Of a stretch of 64,000 nt of DNA, positions 34,041 to 45,895 are shown piece after piece (position 1 is the stretch's first letter; each line of letters opens with the position of its first letter). The DNA is taken from the NCBI GenBank assembly GCA_021647905.1, contig JAKITW010000006.1, positions 30 to 64,029 on the forward strand. The letters are read 5' to 3'. The position numbers and the translations under genes were made by a program. Source of the stretch: Desulfobacterales bacterium (lineage in GTDB: Bacteria > Desulfobacterota > Desulfobulbia > Desulfobulbales > BM004). The notes under the pieces were generated by a model. The model saw nothing but the letters and a program-made list of their open reading frames with translations. It did no database searches and was not told the DNA's origin.

Positions 34041-34811
34041 ATGGACCAGACAGAGAAAAAATTTCCCGTTGGCATGGAGCCCCTGGGCGATTCCCGGTTT
34101 AGTTTCGGCTGCCATCCCGGGGTGGCCTGTTTTAATGCCTGTTGCCGCAAGCTGGAGATGGTTCTTTATCCCTATGACATCATCCGGCTGAAAAAACGGC
34201 TCAGGCTCGGCTCTGAGCAGTTCCTGCGGCAGTACACCCGACTGGGCCGGGGCACGCATCCCTTTTTTCCGGCAGTGATGATGCGGATGGCCGACAACCC
34301 GGAGCAGACCTGTCCCTTTCTGGGCGATGCCGGCTGTACGGTGTACGAGGATCGGCCCACATCCTGTCGGACCTATCCCCTGGAGCGGGCCGTGGACCGG
34401 ACCCCGGAACAGGGGCGGCCGCGGGAGTACTACTTTATTGTCCGTCATCCCTACTGCCGCGGCCATGGGGAGAAGACCAGCTGGACGGTCCGGGAGTGGC
34501 TCCGGGACCAGCATCTGCTCCATCACAATACCATGAACGACCTGTGGGCCGAGGTCGATACCCTGTTCGCCGCCAATCCCTGGCAGGGAGAAGGGGCCCA
34601 CGGCAGCAGGCAGCAGATGGCCTTCATGGTCTGTTACAATATCGACGGGTTCCGGCAGGTTGTCGAGGAGAATAACCTGCTGCGCCGGTTTCGTCTGGAC
34701 AAGGGCCGCCGCCGGTTGATTAACAGCGGCGACGACGAGGCCCTGCTCAAGTTCGGATTCGACTGGCTGCGCCATGTCCTGGGCCGGATGGGGACCTTGC
34801 AGCCCAGATAG
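34041..34811 (+). CDS. YkgJ/UPF0153-family cysteine-cluster (Zn or Fe-S) protein
   Basis: ORF 33975..34811. ATG34041 preferred. FGCHPGVACFNACC and CPFLGDAGCTVYEDRPTSCRTYP match the CxxCxxCC family pattern. Confidence 0.75.
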   Translation: MDQTEKKFPVGMEPLGDSRFSFGCHPGVACFNACCRKLEMVLYPYDIIRLKKRLRLGSEQFLRQYTRLGRGTHPFFPAVMMRMADNPEQTCPFLGDAGCTVYEDRPTSCRTYPLERAVDRTPEQGRPREYYFIVRHPYCRGHGEKTSWTVREWLRDQHLLHHNTMNDLWAEVDTLFAANPWQGEGAHGSRQQMAFMVCYNIDGFRQVVEENNLLRRFRLDKGRRRLINSGDDEALLKFGFDWLRHVLGRMGTLQPR

Positions 34812-34837
34812 GCATGGGAGTATTGTGCGGTGCCTGC

Positions 34838-34866
34838 TTGCAATCGATCCGGCCGGGTGGTATAAG
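34838..34866 (+). promoter_or_regulatory. candidate sigma70 promoter for rpsB-tsf
   Basis: TTGCAA (34838-34843), 17-nt spacer, TATAAG (34861-34866). Implies a ~160-nt leader before rpsB. Confidence 0.45.
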
Positions 34867-35028
34867 GAAAAGATTTTTTAACGGGTCGGCCCGGGGCCCG
34901 GGCCAGGTCCGGGAACGGAAAAAAACGGTTTTACAAAAACACACATCCCTATTTTATCGCCCGCTGGTGCCTTGGTAACGAGGTCGGGCCCCGGGATGGA
35001 GGAAACAACCAAAACAGGAGGAACAGCA

Positions 35029-35832
35029 ATGGCTTATGTAACAATGAAACAGATGCTTGAGGCCGGGCTCCATTTCGGTCATCTGACCAGGAGATGGAAC
35101 CCCAAGATGCGGCCCTATATCTACGGACCGCGCAATGGCATCTATATCATCAACCTTGATAAAACCATGCGGCTGTTCAACACGGCCTATGAATATATCG
35201 TGTCCGAGGTCGCCCGGGGCGGCTCCATTCTCTTTGTCGGCACCAAGCGTCAGGCCCAGGAGATTATCAAGGAGGAGGCCGAGCGTTGCGGGATGTACTT
35301 CATCAACCATCGCTGGCTGGGCGGCACCCTGACCAATTTTCAGACCATCAAGAAGAGCATTGACCGGCTGAAGAGTATCGAGGCAATGCAGGAGGACGGT
35401 TCGATCAACCGGTTTCCCAAGAAGGAGATCCTGTTGATGGGCAAGGAACAGATCAAGCTCAACCGCAACATCGGCGGGATCAAGCTGATGAAGGGCTTGC
35501 CCGCGGCGGTGTTCGTGGTCGATCCCCGCCGGGAGCAGATCGCGGTCAACGAGGCGGTCAAGCTGGGAATCCCGGTTGTCGGCCTGGTGGATACCAACTG
35601 TGACCCGGACGGCATCGCCTATTTGATTCCCGGCAATGACGACGCCATCCGGGCCATCAAGCTGATTGTTTCCAAGATGGCCGACGCGGTGCTGGCCGGC
35701 CAGGCCCGGGTTGCCGAGGACGGTGGCGCTGGTTCGGAAATGGAGGCCGCAATGGCGTCTCAGGAGGCGGCCGAGGGCGAGGCGGCGGCCGGTGAAAACG
35801 GGGCTGGCAGCGATGCGCCGGCCGCGGCCTGA
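35029..35832 (+). CDS. rpsB: 30S ribosomal protein S2
   Basis: ORF 34972..35832. ATG35029 follows [33 protein letters not shown]. Ala/Glu-rich C-terminal tail. Confidence 0.97.
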   Translation: MAYVTMKQMLEAGLHFGHLTRRWNPKMRPYIYGPRNGIYIINLDKTMRLFNTAYEYIVSEVARGGSILFVGTKRQAQEIIKEEAERCGMYFINHRWLGGTLTNFQTIKKSIDRLKSIEAMQEDGSINRFPKKEILLMGKEQIKLNRNIGGIKLMKGLPAAVFVVDPRREQIAVNEAVKLGIPVVGLVDTNCDPDGIAYLIPGNDDAIRAIKLIVSKMADAVLAGQARVAEDGGAGSEMEAAMASQEAAEGEAAAGENGAGSDAPAAA

Positions 35833-35909
35833 AACCGGTCCGGGTTTGTTGGGTTGAACTGAATGAAAATGATATGAATTAGACATATCGGGTGCAAGGA
35901 GAAGCAGCG

Positions 35910-36503
35910 GTGAAGATTACAAGTACAATGGTAAAGGAACTCCGGGACAAGACCAGTTCCGGGATGATGGACTGCAAGAAGGCGCTGACCGAAACCGGGG
36001 GCGACATGGAAAAGGCAGTGGATCTGCTCCGCCAGAAGGGACTGGCCGTGGCCCGGAAGCGGGCCGGCCGCTCAACCAGCGAGGGGGTGATCGAGACCTA
36101 TATCCATGCCGGCGCCAAGCTGGGGGTAATGGTCGAGGTGGGTTGCGAGACCGATTTTGTCGCCAAGACCGATGAGTTCCGTAAATTCGCCCGTGACATG
36201 GCCATGCACATTGCTGCCGCCAATCCGCTGGCGATTAGCCGCGAAGAGGTGCCGGCCGAGGAAGCGGCCCGGGAACAGGAGATCTACAAGCAGCAGGCCC
36301 TTGATTCCGGCAAGCCGGAGAATATCGTTGAAAAGATCGTCTCCGGCAAGATGGACAGGTATTTTTCCGAGGTCTGTCTGCTGGAGCAGAAATTTGTCAA
36401 GAACCCGGACCTGTCGGTACAGGACCTGTTGAACGAGTTGATCGCCAAGATGGGTGAGAATATCGGCATCAAGCGGTTTGCCCGTTTCCAGGTCGGGGCA
36501 TAG
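35910..36503 (+). CDS. tsf: elongation factor Ts
   Basis: ORF 35892..36503. GTG35910 follows AAGGAGAA and gives (M)KITSTMVKELRDKTSSGMMDCKKAL, a canonical EF-Ts N-terminus. Short (197 aa) form. Confidence 0.95.
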   Translation: MKITSTMVKELRDKTSSGMMDCKKALTETGGDMEKAVDLLRQKGLAVARKRAGRSTSEGVIETYIHAGAKLGVMVEVGCETDFVAKTDEFRKFARDMAMHIAAANPLAISREEVPAEEAAREQEIYKQQALDSGKPENIVEKIVSGKMDRYFSEVCLLEQKFVKNPDLSVQDLLNELIAKMGENIGIKRFARFQVGA

Positions 36504-36517
36504 TTGTTATCATAACT

Positions 36518-36612
36518 AACCAGCATGGCTGGACCATGATTTCTGGGCCGCGGCCATAAGCAACAATGAAAATCTCCCCGGACAGCGGGCTTGGTCCGGC
36601 ACGGCTTTTATA
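36518..36612 (+). repeat. Copy B of the ~95-nt structured intergenic repeat
   Basis: AACCAGCATGGCTGGACCAtgatttctGGGCCGCGGCCataagCAACAATGAAAATCTCCCCGGACAGCGGGCTTGGTCCGGCACGG. About 90% identical to copy A. Starts 15 nt after the tsf stop. Confidence 0.8.
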
Positions 36613-36642
36613 TAAATTACAGGGACACTGACTCTGCCTGAT

Positions 36643-36815
36643 CAATACCCCGTAACCGTTCACCGGCCATGCGAAAGAGGCCCACAATCTCAGGCCGGTA
36701 ACCGTTCAGCAGTGCTGCAGATTTGTTCGTTTAGGCTTTTGAGCTATAGTTCCTCTATGTGAGAAGGCCAAAACGGACGAAGATGTGGTGCTGCTGAACG
36801 GTTACAATACCCCAA
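36643..36815. repeat. imperfect long palindrome built on GTAACCGTTCA / AATACCCC motifs
   Basis: GTAACCGTTCAGCAGtGC (36698-36715) is complementary to GtGCTGCTGAACGGTTAC (36788-36805). Inner arms AGATTTGTTCGTTTAGGCTTT and AAGGCCAAAACGGACGAAGAT pair with G-U wobbles. CAATACCCC-GTAACCGTT occurs again at 36643-36660. Confidence 0.7.
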
Positions 36816-36842
36816 CCCTGGCAACCAGTAAAAGGCGGCGGC

Positions 36843-37571
36843 ATGGAACAAACCAAGTTTTCCCGGGTGGTGCTGAAGCTCAGCGGTGAAGCCCTGATGG
36901 GCGCCACCTCCTTCGGGATCAGCACCGAGGTTCTGGACTATGTGGCCGACGAGGTCAAAAGCGTGACCGAACAGGGGGTGCAGCTGGGCCTGGTGGTCGG
37001 GGCCGGCAATATCTTTCGCGGGGTGGCCGGGGCCTCAAAGGGAATGGATCGCAGCGCCGCCGACAACATGGGGATGCTGGCCACGGTGATCAACAGCCTG
37101 GCCATGCAGGATGCCATGGAACGGCGGGGGGTGGTCACCCGGGTGATGTCCGCCTTTCCCATGCCCAGTGTCTGCGAGCCCTATATCCGCCGCAAGGCCA
37201 TCCGCCACATGGAAAAGGGGCGGGTGGTGATCTTTGCCGCCGGGATCGGCACGCCCTATTTTACCACCGACACCGCGGCGGTGATCCGGGCCCTGGAGAT
37301 CGAGGCCGACCTGATCTGTAAGGCGACCCGGGTGGACGGGGTCTATGACCGGGACCCGCTCAAGGAGCCCGGGGCGATCAAGTTCGACACCCTTTCCTAC
37401 AGCGAGGTACTCAACCGGGGCCTCAAGGTGATGGATGCCGCCGGCATCTCTCTGGCCAGGGATAACCGGATCCCGATAATCGTGCTTGATATGAACAAGC
37501 CTGGAAACATTCTCGATGCTATCCGCGGCGGTGGCAACGGGACCTTGGTGCAAGGGGGAGATGATGGATAG
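36843..37571 (+). CDS. pyrH: UMP kinase
   Basis: 242 aa. [11 protein letters not shown]...[10 protein letters not shown]... Confidence 0.96.
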   Translation: MEQTKFSRVVLKLSGEALMGATSFGISTEVLDYVADEVKSVTEQGVQLGLVVGAGNIFRGVAGASKGMDRSAADNMGMLATVINSLAMQDAMERRGVVTRVMSAFPMPSVCEPYIRRKAIRHMEKGRVVIFAAGIGTPYFTTDTAAVIRALEIEADLICKATRVDGVYDRDPLKEPGAIKFDTLSYSEVLNRGLKVMDAAGISLARDNRIPIIVLDMNKPGNILDAIRGGGNGTLVQGGDDG

Positions 37572-38118
37572 TCAGCTGAAGAACCTGTCGGCAAAGATGG
37601 AGAAATCCCTGGACGCCTTTCGCGCCGAGCTTGGCAGGATCCGCACCGGCCGGGCCTCCCTGTCCCTGTTGGACGGGATCAAGGTGGAGGCCTACGGTTC
37701 GTTGATGCCGCTCAACCAGGTGGCGACCATGACCATCCCGGAGACCCGGATGATCGTGATTCAGCCATGGGACCCGCAGATGCTCGGCGCGGTGGGCAAG
37801 GCGATACTGAAATCCAACCTGGACCTGACCCCGGCCAATGACGGCAAGGTGATCCGGATCAATATCCCGCAGCCCACCGAAGAGCGGCGCAAGGATCTGG
37901 TTAAACAGGTGAAGAAGATTGCCGAGGAGTACCGGGTGGCGGTCCGCAACCTGCGCCGGGAGGCCAATGATACCTTCAAGAAGATGAAGAAGGACAAGGA
38001 GATATCCGAGGACGATATGTTCAAGGGGCAGGAGTTGGCCCAGAAAACAACCGATCAGTTCATCAAGAGCATTGACCGGATCGCCGCGGACAAGGAAAAA
38101 GAGGTCATGGAGGTCTAG
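37561..38118 (+). CDS. frr: ribosome recycling factor
   Basis: ORF 37516..38118. ATG37561 or 37564 overlaps the pyrH 3' end. [23 protein letters not shown]...[12 protein letters not shown]. Confidence 0.95.
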   Translation: MMDSQLKNLSAKMEKSLDAFRAELGRIRTGRASLSLLDGIKVEAYGSLMPLNQVATMTIPETRMIVIQPWDPQMLGAVGKAILKSNLDLTPANDGKVIRINIPQPTEERRKDLVKQVKKIAEEYRVAVRNLRREANDTFKKMKKDKEISEDDMFKGQELAQKTTDQFIKSIDRIAADKEKEVMEV

Positions 38119-38245
38119 GTATTGCGTCACTTCTTCTTGAAGGGACACTGGTGAGTCCTCCCCGGGTTTCCCTGGCCCGTTTCATGGTTTTCCCTCTCGC
38201 CTTCTTCCTTTCTGCCGCTGCTGTCTGTTCGAGCGCCCCGACACT

Positions 38246-39010
38246 ATGCCAGATACCTCTGCAATCGATCCCAACATAGTTCCCCGTCATGTGGCCATTA
38301 TCATGGATGGCAACGGCCGGTGGGCCAGGCAGCGTGGTCTGCCCCGGGTAATGGGCCACAAGGTCGGCTCGGAATCGGTCAAGGAGATCATCCGGGCGGC
38401 CAAGGAGATGGGGATCTCTTTCCTCACCCTGTATGCCTTTTCCACCGAGAACTGGCAGCGGCCGGCCCTTGAGGTTAAGGCCCTGATGGGGTTGCTGAAG
38501 AGTTATCTCCTGGACGGGCTGGCCAACCTGAAGGAGAACCGGATCAGCCTCCGGGCCCTGGGCCGGATCGACGGGCTGCCCCCTGATGTGCGCAAGATTC
38601 TGTACCGTACGATCGATGAAACCGCCGAGGCGGCCGGCATTGACCCGGCATTGACCCTGAACCTGGCCCTGAATTACGGGGCCCGGGCCGAGATCGTCGA
38701 GGCGGTAAGACAGCTGGCCGGCAAGTGCCGGCGCGGTGAGTTGGTCCCGGACCAGATCAGCGAAGAGATGATCAGCGCCCATCTGTATACCAGGGGACAG
38801 CCGGACCCCGACCTGATCATCCGCACCGGCGGCGAGTCGCGGCTAAGTAATTTTCTGCTCTGGCAGGGTTCCTATGCCGAGTTTTACATCACCGAGACCA
38901 AGTGGCCGGATTTTCGGAGGGACAGCCTGATTGCCGCGATCCTTGATTTCCAGAACCGGGAACGGCGGTTCGGTAAAACCGGGGGCCAGGTACGGCCGGA
39001 CAACCGATGA
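38246..39010 (+). CDS. uppS: isoprenyl transferase (undecaprenyl-diphosphate synthase)
   Basis: 254 aa. PRHVAIIMDGNGRWA...FSTENWQRP...RTGGESRLSNFLLWQ. Confidence 0.96.
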   Translation: MPDTSAIDPNIVPRHVAIIMDGNGRWARQRGLPRVMGHKVGSESVKEIIRAAKEMGISFLTLYAFSTENWQRPALEVKALMGLLKSYLLDGLANLKENRISLRALGRIDGLPPDVRKILYRTIDETAEAAGIDPALTLNLALNYGARAEIVEAVRQLAGKCRRGELVPDQISEEMISAHLYTRGQPDPDLIIRTGGESRLSNFLLWQGSYAEFYITETKWPDFRRDSLIAAILDFQNRERRFGKTGGQVRPDNR

Positions 39011-39810
39011 AGCGAATTCTTACAGGGGTGGTCCTGGGCGGGGCCTGGTTCTGGTTGCTGCTCAAGGGGTCGTTTGTGATCTTCTGGCTGGTGATGGTCG
39101 CGGCCGGAGCGATTGTCCTGTATGAGTATGCCCGGATGGTATTGTCCGACACTGAGCCCGGATATGCGGGCTGGCTGGTGGCCCTTGGCCTCGGACCCTT
39201 GATCGGCTCTTATTCCGGGAGTCTGGCCGTCACTGCCGCCGGGCTCTTTCTTGGCTGGTTCCTGCTGATCGCCCTGGGCCTGCTGCGCTACCGGCAGCTC
39301 GGTTCGGGGCTTGATTTCCTGGCCCGGACGGGGTTTGGTTTTCTCTATCCCGGTTTTTGTATCGCCCACCTGGTCCTGCTTCGGGCCCAGCCCCAGGGGG
39401 TATCCTGGTTGCTGGCGCTCACCGCGCTGACCATTGCCTCGGATACCGGGGCCTATTATGCCGGCCACTGGTTCGGCAGGCGTAAACTCTGCCCGGCGAT
39501 CAGTCCGGGCAAGACCGTGGCCGGGGCTCTGGGCGGCCTGGCGGCCGGCACCCTGGCCGGGGCCGGCCTGGTTGTTTTTCTGTTTCCGGAACTGGACCGG
39601 CTGGTTGTTGTTGCCGCGGCCCTGGTCCTGGTCTGTGTCGGGGTAATGGGCGATCTGCTTGAATCAATGCTCAAACGTTCCGTTGGGGTCAAGGATTCCG
39701 GCACCATACTTGCCGGCCACGGCGGGCTCCTGGACCGGATTGACAGCCTGCTTCTGGCGGGTCCGTTCCTTTTCTATCTGCTCTGTTTCGGCCGGATGGC
39801 CGCTTTTTGA
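39007..39810 (+). CDS. cdsA: phosphatidate cytidylyltransferase
   Basis: 267 aa, polytopic. [13 protein letters not shown] and [30 protein letters not shown] overlap with uppS. Confidence 0.93.
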   Translation: MKRILTGVVLGGAWFWLLLKGSFVIFWLVMVAAGAIVLYEYARMVLSDTEPGYAGWLVALGLGPLIGSYSGSLAVTAAGLFLGWFLLIALGLLRYRQLGSGLDFLARTGFGFLYPGFCIAHLVLLRAQPQGVSWLLALTALTIASDTGAYYAGHWFGRRKLCPAISPGKTVAGALGGLAAGTLAGAGLVVFLFPELDRLVVVAAALVLVCVGVMGDLLESMLKRSVGVKDSGTILAGHGGLLDRIDSLLLAGPFLFYLLCFGRMAAF

Positions 39811-39812
39811 TT

Positions 39813-41012
<1,200 letters not shown>

Positions 41013-42089
41013 ATGACTACCCTGTTTTCCTTTATCGTTGTACTGGGACTGCTGATCTTTGTCCATGAGTTCGGCCATTTTCTGATGGCAAAGCTGTTTC
41101 GTGTCCGGGTGCTCAAGTTTTCCCTGGGGTTCGGCCCCACCCTGTTCGGCACCCGTTACGGCGAAACCGAGTATGTGGTGAGCGCGATCCCCCTGGGCGG
41201 CTACGTCAAGATGTTCGGGGAAAGCCCGGCGGCCGGCGATGAGGTCGCGGTTGCGGACGCCCCCTATTCCTTTTCCATGAAACCGGTCTGGCAGCGGTTT
41301 CTGATCGTGGCCGGCGGCCCGGTCTTCAACCTGTTGTTTGCCGCTTTTCTTTTTTCCCTTATCTTCGGGATACACGGCATCCCCGAGCCGGTGGACACCA
41401 CCAGGATCGGCGCGGTGGGCCAGGATACCCCGGCGGCCCGGGCCGGGCTCGAGGCCGGCGACGTGATCGTGGCCCTGGACCATGAGCCGGTCGCCAGTTG
41501 GGAAGATCTGTCGCAACGGATCATGGACAGCCATGGCCAACCGATGCTCTTTACCCTGCTCCGCGGGGAGGAGCGGATCGAGGTCAGTCTGGAGCCGGCG
41601 ATGAGTCCGATCAAGGATATCTTCGGGGCCAAGGTCGGCGAACGGTACATGGTCGGGATCTCCCGGGCCGAGGAGGTGGTCTACAACAAGGTCTCGCTGG
41701 GATCCGCCCTGCTGGCCGGGGTGGAGCAGACCTGGAGCTGGATCTATCTTACGGTGGTGGGCATTGTCAAGATCATCCAGAAGGTGGTGCCGGCCTCGGA
41801 ACTGGGCGGCCCGATCCTGATCGCCCAGATGGCCGGCAAGCAGCTGGAGGCGGGCTGGACCAATTTCCTCTACTTCATGGCAGTGATCAGTGTCAATCTC
41901 GGCATACTCAACCTGTTGCCGATTCCGATCCTTGACGGCGGCCACCTGGTGTTCTTCTCGGTGGAGGCGATCATGCGCAGACCGGTAAGTCTCAGAACCA
42001 TGGAGATTTTTCAGCAGATCGGCATGGTCCTGCTCGGCACCCTGATGATTTTCGCCTTTTATAACGATCTGGCCCGGCTGTTCCAATAA
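41013..42089 (+). CDS. rseP: RIP site-2 metalloprotease RseP
   Basis: 358 aa. HEFGHFLMAK (HExxH), a PDZ segment, and NLLPIPILDGGH. Confidence 0.94.
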   Translation: MTTLFSFIVVLGLLIFVHEFGHFLMAKLFRVRVLKFSLGFGPTLFGTRYGETEYVVSAIPLGGYVKMFGESPAAGDEVAVADAPYSFSMKPVWQRFLIVAGGPVFNLLFAAFLFSLIFGIHGIPEPVDTTRIGAVGQDTPAARAGLEAGDVIVALDHEPVASWEDLSQRIMDSHGQPMLFTLLRGEERIEVSLEPAMSPIKDIFGAKVGERYMVGISRAEEVVYNKVSLGSALLAGVEQTWSWIYLTVVGIVKIIQKVVPASELGGPILIAQMAGKQLEAGWTNFLYFMAVISVNLGILNLLPIPILDGGHLVFFSVEAIMRRPVSLRTMEIFQQIGMVLLGTLMIFAFYNDLARLFQ

Positions 42090-42161
42090 CCCTGTCCCTG
42101 CCCGCGGAGATGGTGGTTAACCATTAACCTCCTGCTGCGCGCCTTTTCCGGTGATATTTCC

Positions 42162-42899
42162 ATGGCAATTCACGGTACCGGCCGGATGACCTGTCAACCG
42201 CCCCTGCTTCTGGCCCTGGAGACCGCCACCATGTGCGGCAGCGTGGCCCTGGTCGCTGCTGATCGCTGCATCGGCGAATATACCCTCCAGACCGGCCGGA
42301 CCCATTCGAAAGGGCTCCTGCCCGGGATTCAGTGGCTGCTTGGCCAGGCGGGCCTGGATTGGGATGCGCTGGCCGGGATTGCGGTCAGCATCGGGCCGGG
42401 CAGTTTTACCGGGCTGCGGATCGGCTTGAGCACGGCCAAGGGGCTGGCCCTGGCCCTGGACAGACCCCTGATCGGGGTGGCCACCCTGGACGGGCTGGCA
42501 GCCCAGTTTCCCGGGGTCGAACAGTTGGTCTGCCCGGTACTTGATGCCAGGAAAAAAGAGGTATATGCTGCGCTGTACCGGGGTTCTGGCAAGGAGGGCT
42601 GTGAGCGGGTCAGTGATTATCTGGTGCTGCCGCCGGCAGAACTCTGCGCCCGGATCAGCGGGCCGGTGCTGCTGGCCGGTGACGGGATTGCGGTGCATGG
42701 CGATTTGTTCAAGGAGTTGTTGGCTGGCCGGGCGATTTTCGTGCGGCCGGGCCAGGTCTTCCCCCGGGCCGCGACCATCGGCATGCTGGCGATTGCCAAA
42801 TACCGGGCCGATGATTTTCTCGACCCGGTACTGGCGGCGCCTGTCTATGTCCGGGCCCCGGAGGCGGAGCTGCTGTTCGGCGGAAAAAAGGGGAAATAG
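42162..42899 (+). CDS. tsaB: tRNA t6A37 biosynthesis protein TsaB
   Basis: 245 aa. LLLALETATMCGSVALV...IAVSIGPGSFTGLRIGLSTAKGLA. The start could be ATG42186. Confidence 0.88.
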   Translation: MAIHGTGRMTCQPPLLLALETATMCGSVALVAADRCIGEYTLQTGRTHSKGLLPGIQWLLGQAGLDWDALAGIAVSIGPGSFTGLRIGLSTAKGLALALDRPLIGVATLDGLAAQFPGVEQLVCPVLDARKKEVYAALYRGSGKEGCERVSDYLVLPPAELCARISGPVLLAGDGIAVHGDLFKELLAGRAIFVRPGQVFPRAATIGMLAIAKYRADDFLDPVLAAPVYVRAPEAELLFGGKKGK

Positions 42900-42902
42900 G
42901 TT

Positions 42903-43988
42903 GTGGTGAGCATGCGGAGCCGACGGAAAACCAGACAGATCATGGTGGGATCGGTGCCCATCGGCGGTGACGCGTTGATCGCGGTCCAGTCGATGACCAA
43001 TACCGATACCCGGGAGGTGGAGGCCACCGTGGCCCAGATCCAGCAACTGGAGCGGGCCGGCTGCGAGATTATCCGGGTGGCGGTGGTGGACATGGAGGCG
43101 GCCCGGGCGATCCGGGCGATCCGCGACCGGATCGCCATCCCCCTGATCGCTGATATCCATTTTGATGCCCGCCTGGCCGTGGCCTCCATGGAGCACGGGG
43201 CCCAGGCGGTCCGGATCAACCCCGGCAATATCGGCGGCCCGGCCCGGCTGGCCCGGGTGGTGGATGCGGCCCGGCAGCAGGGGGCGGCCATCCGGGTCGG
43301 GGTCAACAGCGGTTCCCTGGAAAAGGATATCCTCAAAAAATACGGCCACCCGGTGCCCCATGCCCTGGTCGATAGCGGGCTGCGCAATATCCGTTTGCTC
43401 GAAAAGCTGGGCTTTGAGCAGATCAAGATCTCGCTCAAGTCGTCAAACGCCATGGCCACAGTGGCGGCCTATCGGTTGATGGCCGAGCGCTGTGACTATC
43501 CCCTGCATCTCGGGGTCACCGAGGCCGGCGGCTTGATCGCCGGCACGGTCAAGTCCAGCGTGGCCCTGGGTATCTTGCTCAACGAGGGGATCGGCGACAC
43601 CTTGCGGATCTCGTTGACCCGGGACCCGGTTGAGGAGATCCGGGTGGGTTTTGAGCTGCTCCGGGCCCTTGATATCCGTCACCGGGGCCCGGAACTGGTC
43701 TCCTGCCCCACCTGCGGCCGTTGCGAGATCAATCTCTTCAACCTGGCCGAAGCAGTGGAGCGTCACCTGCAGACCATGGAACAACCGCTCAAGGTGGCGG
43801 TGATGGGCTGCGTGGTCAACGGTCCGGGCGAGGCCCGGGAGGCGGATATCGGCCTGGCCGGCGGCAGGGGGGTGGGCATTATCTTCAAGAAGGGCAAGCT
43901 GTTTAAAAAGGTCAGCGAGGATGAACTGCTGCCCGCCTTTCTCGCTGAACTGGACGGGATGGCGAAGCAGAAGACAGAGGATGGATGA
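42903..43988 (+). CDS. ispG: 4-hydroxy-3-methylbut-2-en-1-yl diphosphate synthase (flavodoxin)
   Basis: 361 aa. RRKTRQIMVGSVPIGGDALIAVQSMTNT and the CPTCGRC...GCVVNGPGE Fe-S ligands. Start is GTG42903 or ATG42912. Confidence 0.96.
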   Translation: MVSMRSRRKTRQIMVGSVPIGGDALIAVQSMTNTDTREVEATVAQIQQLERAGCEIIRVAVVDMEAARAIRAIRDRIAIPLIADIHFDARLAVASMEHGAQAVRINPGNIGGPARLARVVDAARQQGAAIRVGVNSGSLEKDILKKYGHPVPHALVDSGLRNIRLLEKLGFEQIKISLKSSNAMATVAAYRLMAERCDYPLHLGVTEAGGLIAGTVKSSVALGILLNEGIGDTLRISLTRDPVEEIRVGFELLRALDIRHRGPELVSCPTCGRCEINLFNLAEAVERHLQTMEQPLKVAVMGCVVNGPGEAREADIGLAGGRGVGIIFKKGKLFKKVSEDELLPAFLAELDGMAKQKTEDG

Positions 43989-44042
43989 CAGAGGACAGAG
44001 GACAGAGGACAGAGGACGGATGACAGAGGACGGAAGACAGTG
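43973..44042 (+). repeat. tandem heptamer array, 10 units, consensus GACAGAG
   Basis: GACAGAG GATGGAT GACAGAG x4 GACGGAT GACAGAG GACGGAA GACAGTG. Starts in the last 5 codons of ispG (stop 43986-43988) and extends 54 nt downstream. Confidence 0.9.
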
Positions 44043-44153
44043 AAAAGATAGTTATTTGTTAATGGTAACCGCGTGTTATAATTTTTTAACCAATAACCAA
44101 TAACAGGCCGGTCCAGACAAGACCCTCTACCGTGATAAAAGAAGGAATATCGA

Positions 44154-45878
44154 ATGCGTTATTCTAAACTGCTGTTGCCGACCTTGAAAGAGACCCCGGC
44201 CGAGGCCGAGGTGGTGAGTCACCGGCTGCTGCTCCGGGCCGGATTTATCCGCAAGCTGGCCTCCGGGATCTATACCTACCTGCCCCTGGGGCTGGCAACG
44301 ATCCGCAAGGTGGAGCAAATCGTCCGTGAGGAGATGAACCGGGCCGGGGCCCAGGAACTGTTGATGCCCATGGTCCAGCCGGCCGATCTCTGGCAGGAAT
44401 CAGGCCGGTGGAACAAGTATGGCCCGGAACTCCTCCGTTTCCACGACCGGCATGAACACCAGAGCTGTCTCGGTCCCACCCACGAAGAGGTGGTCACCGA
44501 CCTGGTGCGGCGCGAGGTCCATTCCTACCGGGATCTGCCCCTGAACCTCTATCAGATCCAGACCAAGTTCCGGGACGAGATCAGGCCGCGTTTCGGGCTG
44601 ATGCGGGGCCGGGAGTTCATCATGAAGGACGCCTACAGTTTTGACGTGGACGACCGGGGGGCCGAGGTCAGCTACCAGGCGATGTATGACGCCTACCAGC
44701 GGATCTTTACCCGCTGCGGCCTCTCCTTCCGGGCGGTGGAGGCGGATACCGGCACCATTGGCGGCAGTTCCTCCCACGAGTTCATGGTGCTGGCTGAAAC
44801 CGGCGAGGATACCCTGGTGATCTGCAAGGAGTGCAGCTATGCCGCCAACATGGAAAAGGCCCGGGTCCGGCCGCCGGAGGCCCCGGCCGGGCCGGTTGAA
44901 TTGCGGCCCATGGAAAAGGTGGAGACCCCGGGCAAGCGCAAGGTGGCCGCGGTGACCGGATTTCTGGGGATCACCCCGCGGCAGCTGGTCAAGACCATGG
45001 TCTTTCTGGTTGACGGCAAACCGGTGGCCGTGCTGCTCCGCGGCGACCGCGAGGTGCAGCCGGTCAAGCTGAAAAATCTGTTTAATGCGCTGGAGGTGGA
45101 ACTGGCCGACGATGACCAGGTCTTTAAGATCACCGGGGTGGCCACCGGCTATCTCGGTCCGATCGGGCTCAACATCGAGGTGGTGGCGGACCGGGAGGTC
45201 ATGGAGATGCGTAATTTCGCCATTGGCGCCAATGAGAAGAATTTTCACCTGATCAATGTCAATATCGGCCGCGACCTCACCGTGGCCAGGCAGGCCGATC
45301 TGCGCCAGGCCACGGCCGAGGATCGCTGCGTGGCCTGCGGCGGACAGCTGGAGTTGACCAAAGGCATCGAGGTCGGCCATATCTTCAAGCTGGGCGATGT
45401 CTACAGCAAGAGGCTCAAGGCGGTGTTCCAGGACAGCCGGGGCAAGGAACTGCCCTTTGTGATGGGCTGTTACGGGATCGGGGTCAGCCGGGTGGTGGCC
45501 GCGGCCATTGAACAGAACAATGATAAGGACGGGATCATCTTTCCCCTGCCCATTGCCCCCTGCCAGGTGGTGATCCTTGATCTCGGCGGCAAGGACCAGG
45601 CGATCAGCCGCGCGGCCGACACCCTGTATCACCAGTTGCTCGACCACGGCCTGGAGGTGCTGCTGGACGACCGCGGGGAACGGCCCGGAATCAAGTTCAA
45701 GGATGCCGACCTGATCGGCATCCCCTATCGGCTCACGGTGGGCAGGAGATTTGCCGGGGACGGCACCATCGAACTCCGCCGCCGGGCCGACGGCCGTACC
45801 GAAACCATGCCCCTGGACAAGGCTGCCGGGCGGCTGTCAGCCATGATCCGGGAGGAACTGGCCGGGATGACGCCGTGA
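44154..45878 (+). CDS. proS: proline--tRNA ligase (bacterial type with INS editing domain)
   Basis: 574 aa. [46 protein letters not shown]...[25 protein letters not shown]. Confidence 0.97.
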   Translation: MRYSKLLLPTLKETPAEAEVVSHRLLLRAGFIRKLASGIYTYLPLGLATIRKVEQIVREEMNRAGAQELLMPMVQPADLWQESGRWNKYGPELLRFHDRHEHQSCLGPTHEEVVTDLVRREVHSYRDLPLNLYQIQTKFRDEIRPRFGLMRGREFIMKDAYSFDVDDRGAEVSYQAMYDAYQRIFTRCGLSFRAVEADTGTIGGSSSHEFMVLAETGEDTLVICKECSYAANMEKARVRPPEAPAGPVELRPMEKVETPGKRKVAAVTGFLGITPRQLVKTMVFLVDGKPVAVLLRGDREVQPVKLKNLFNALEVELADDDQVFKITGVATGYLGPIGLNIEVVADREVMEMRNFAIGANEKNFHLINVNIGRDLTVARQADLRQATAEDRCVACGGQLELTKGIEVGHIFKLGDVYSKRLKAVFQDSRGKELPFVMGCYGIGVSRVVAAAIEQNNDKDGIIFPLPIAPCQVVILDLGGKDQAISRAADTLYHQLLDHGLEVLLDDRGERPGIKFKDADLIGIPYRLTVGRRFAGDGTIELRRRADGRTETMPLDKAAGRLSAMIREELAGMTP

Positions 45879-45895
45879 GCAGCGGGCAGTAAGTA

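Noticed and set aside
43973-44042. Considered whether the tandem repeat is a CRISPR array
   Set aside because: The units are only 7 nt, contiguous and without spacers. No cas genes are in the window. It is a microsatellite-type array.
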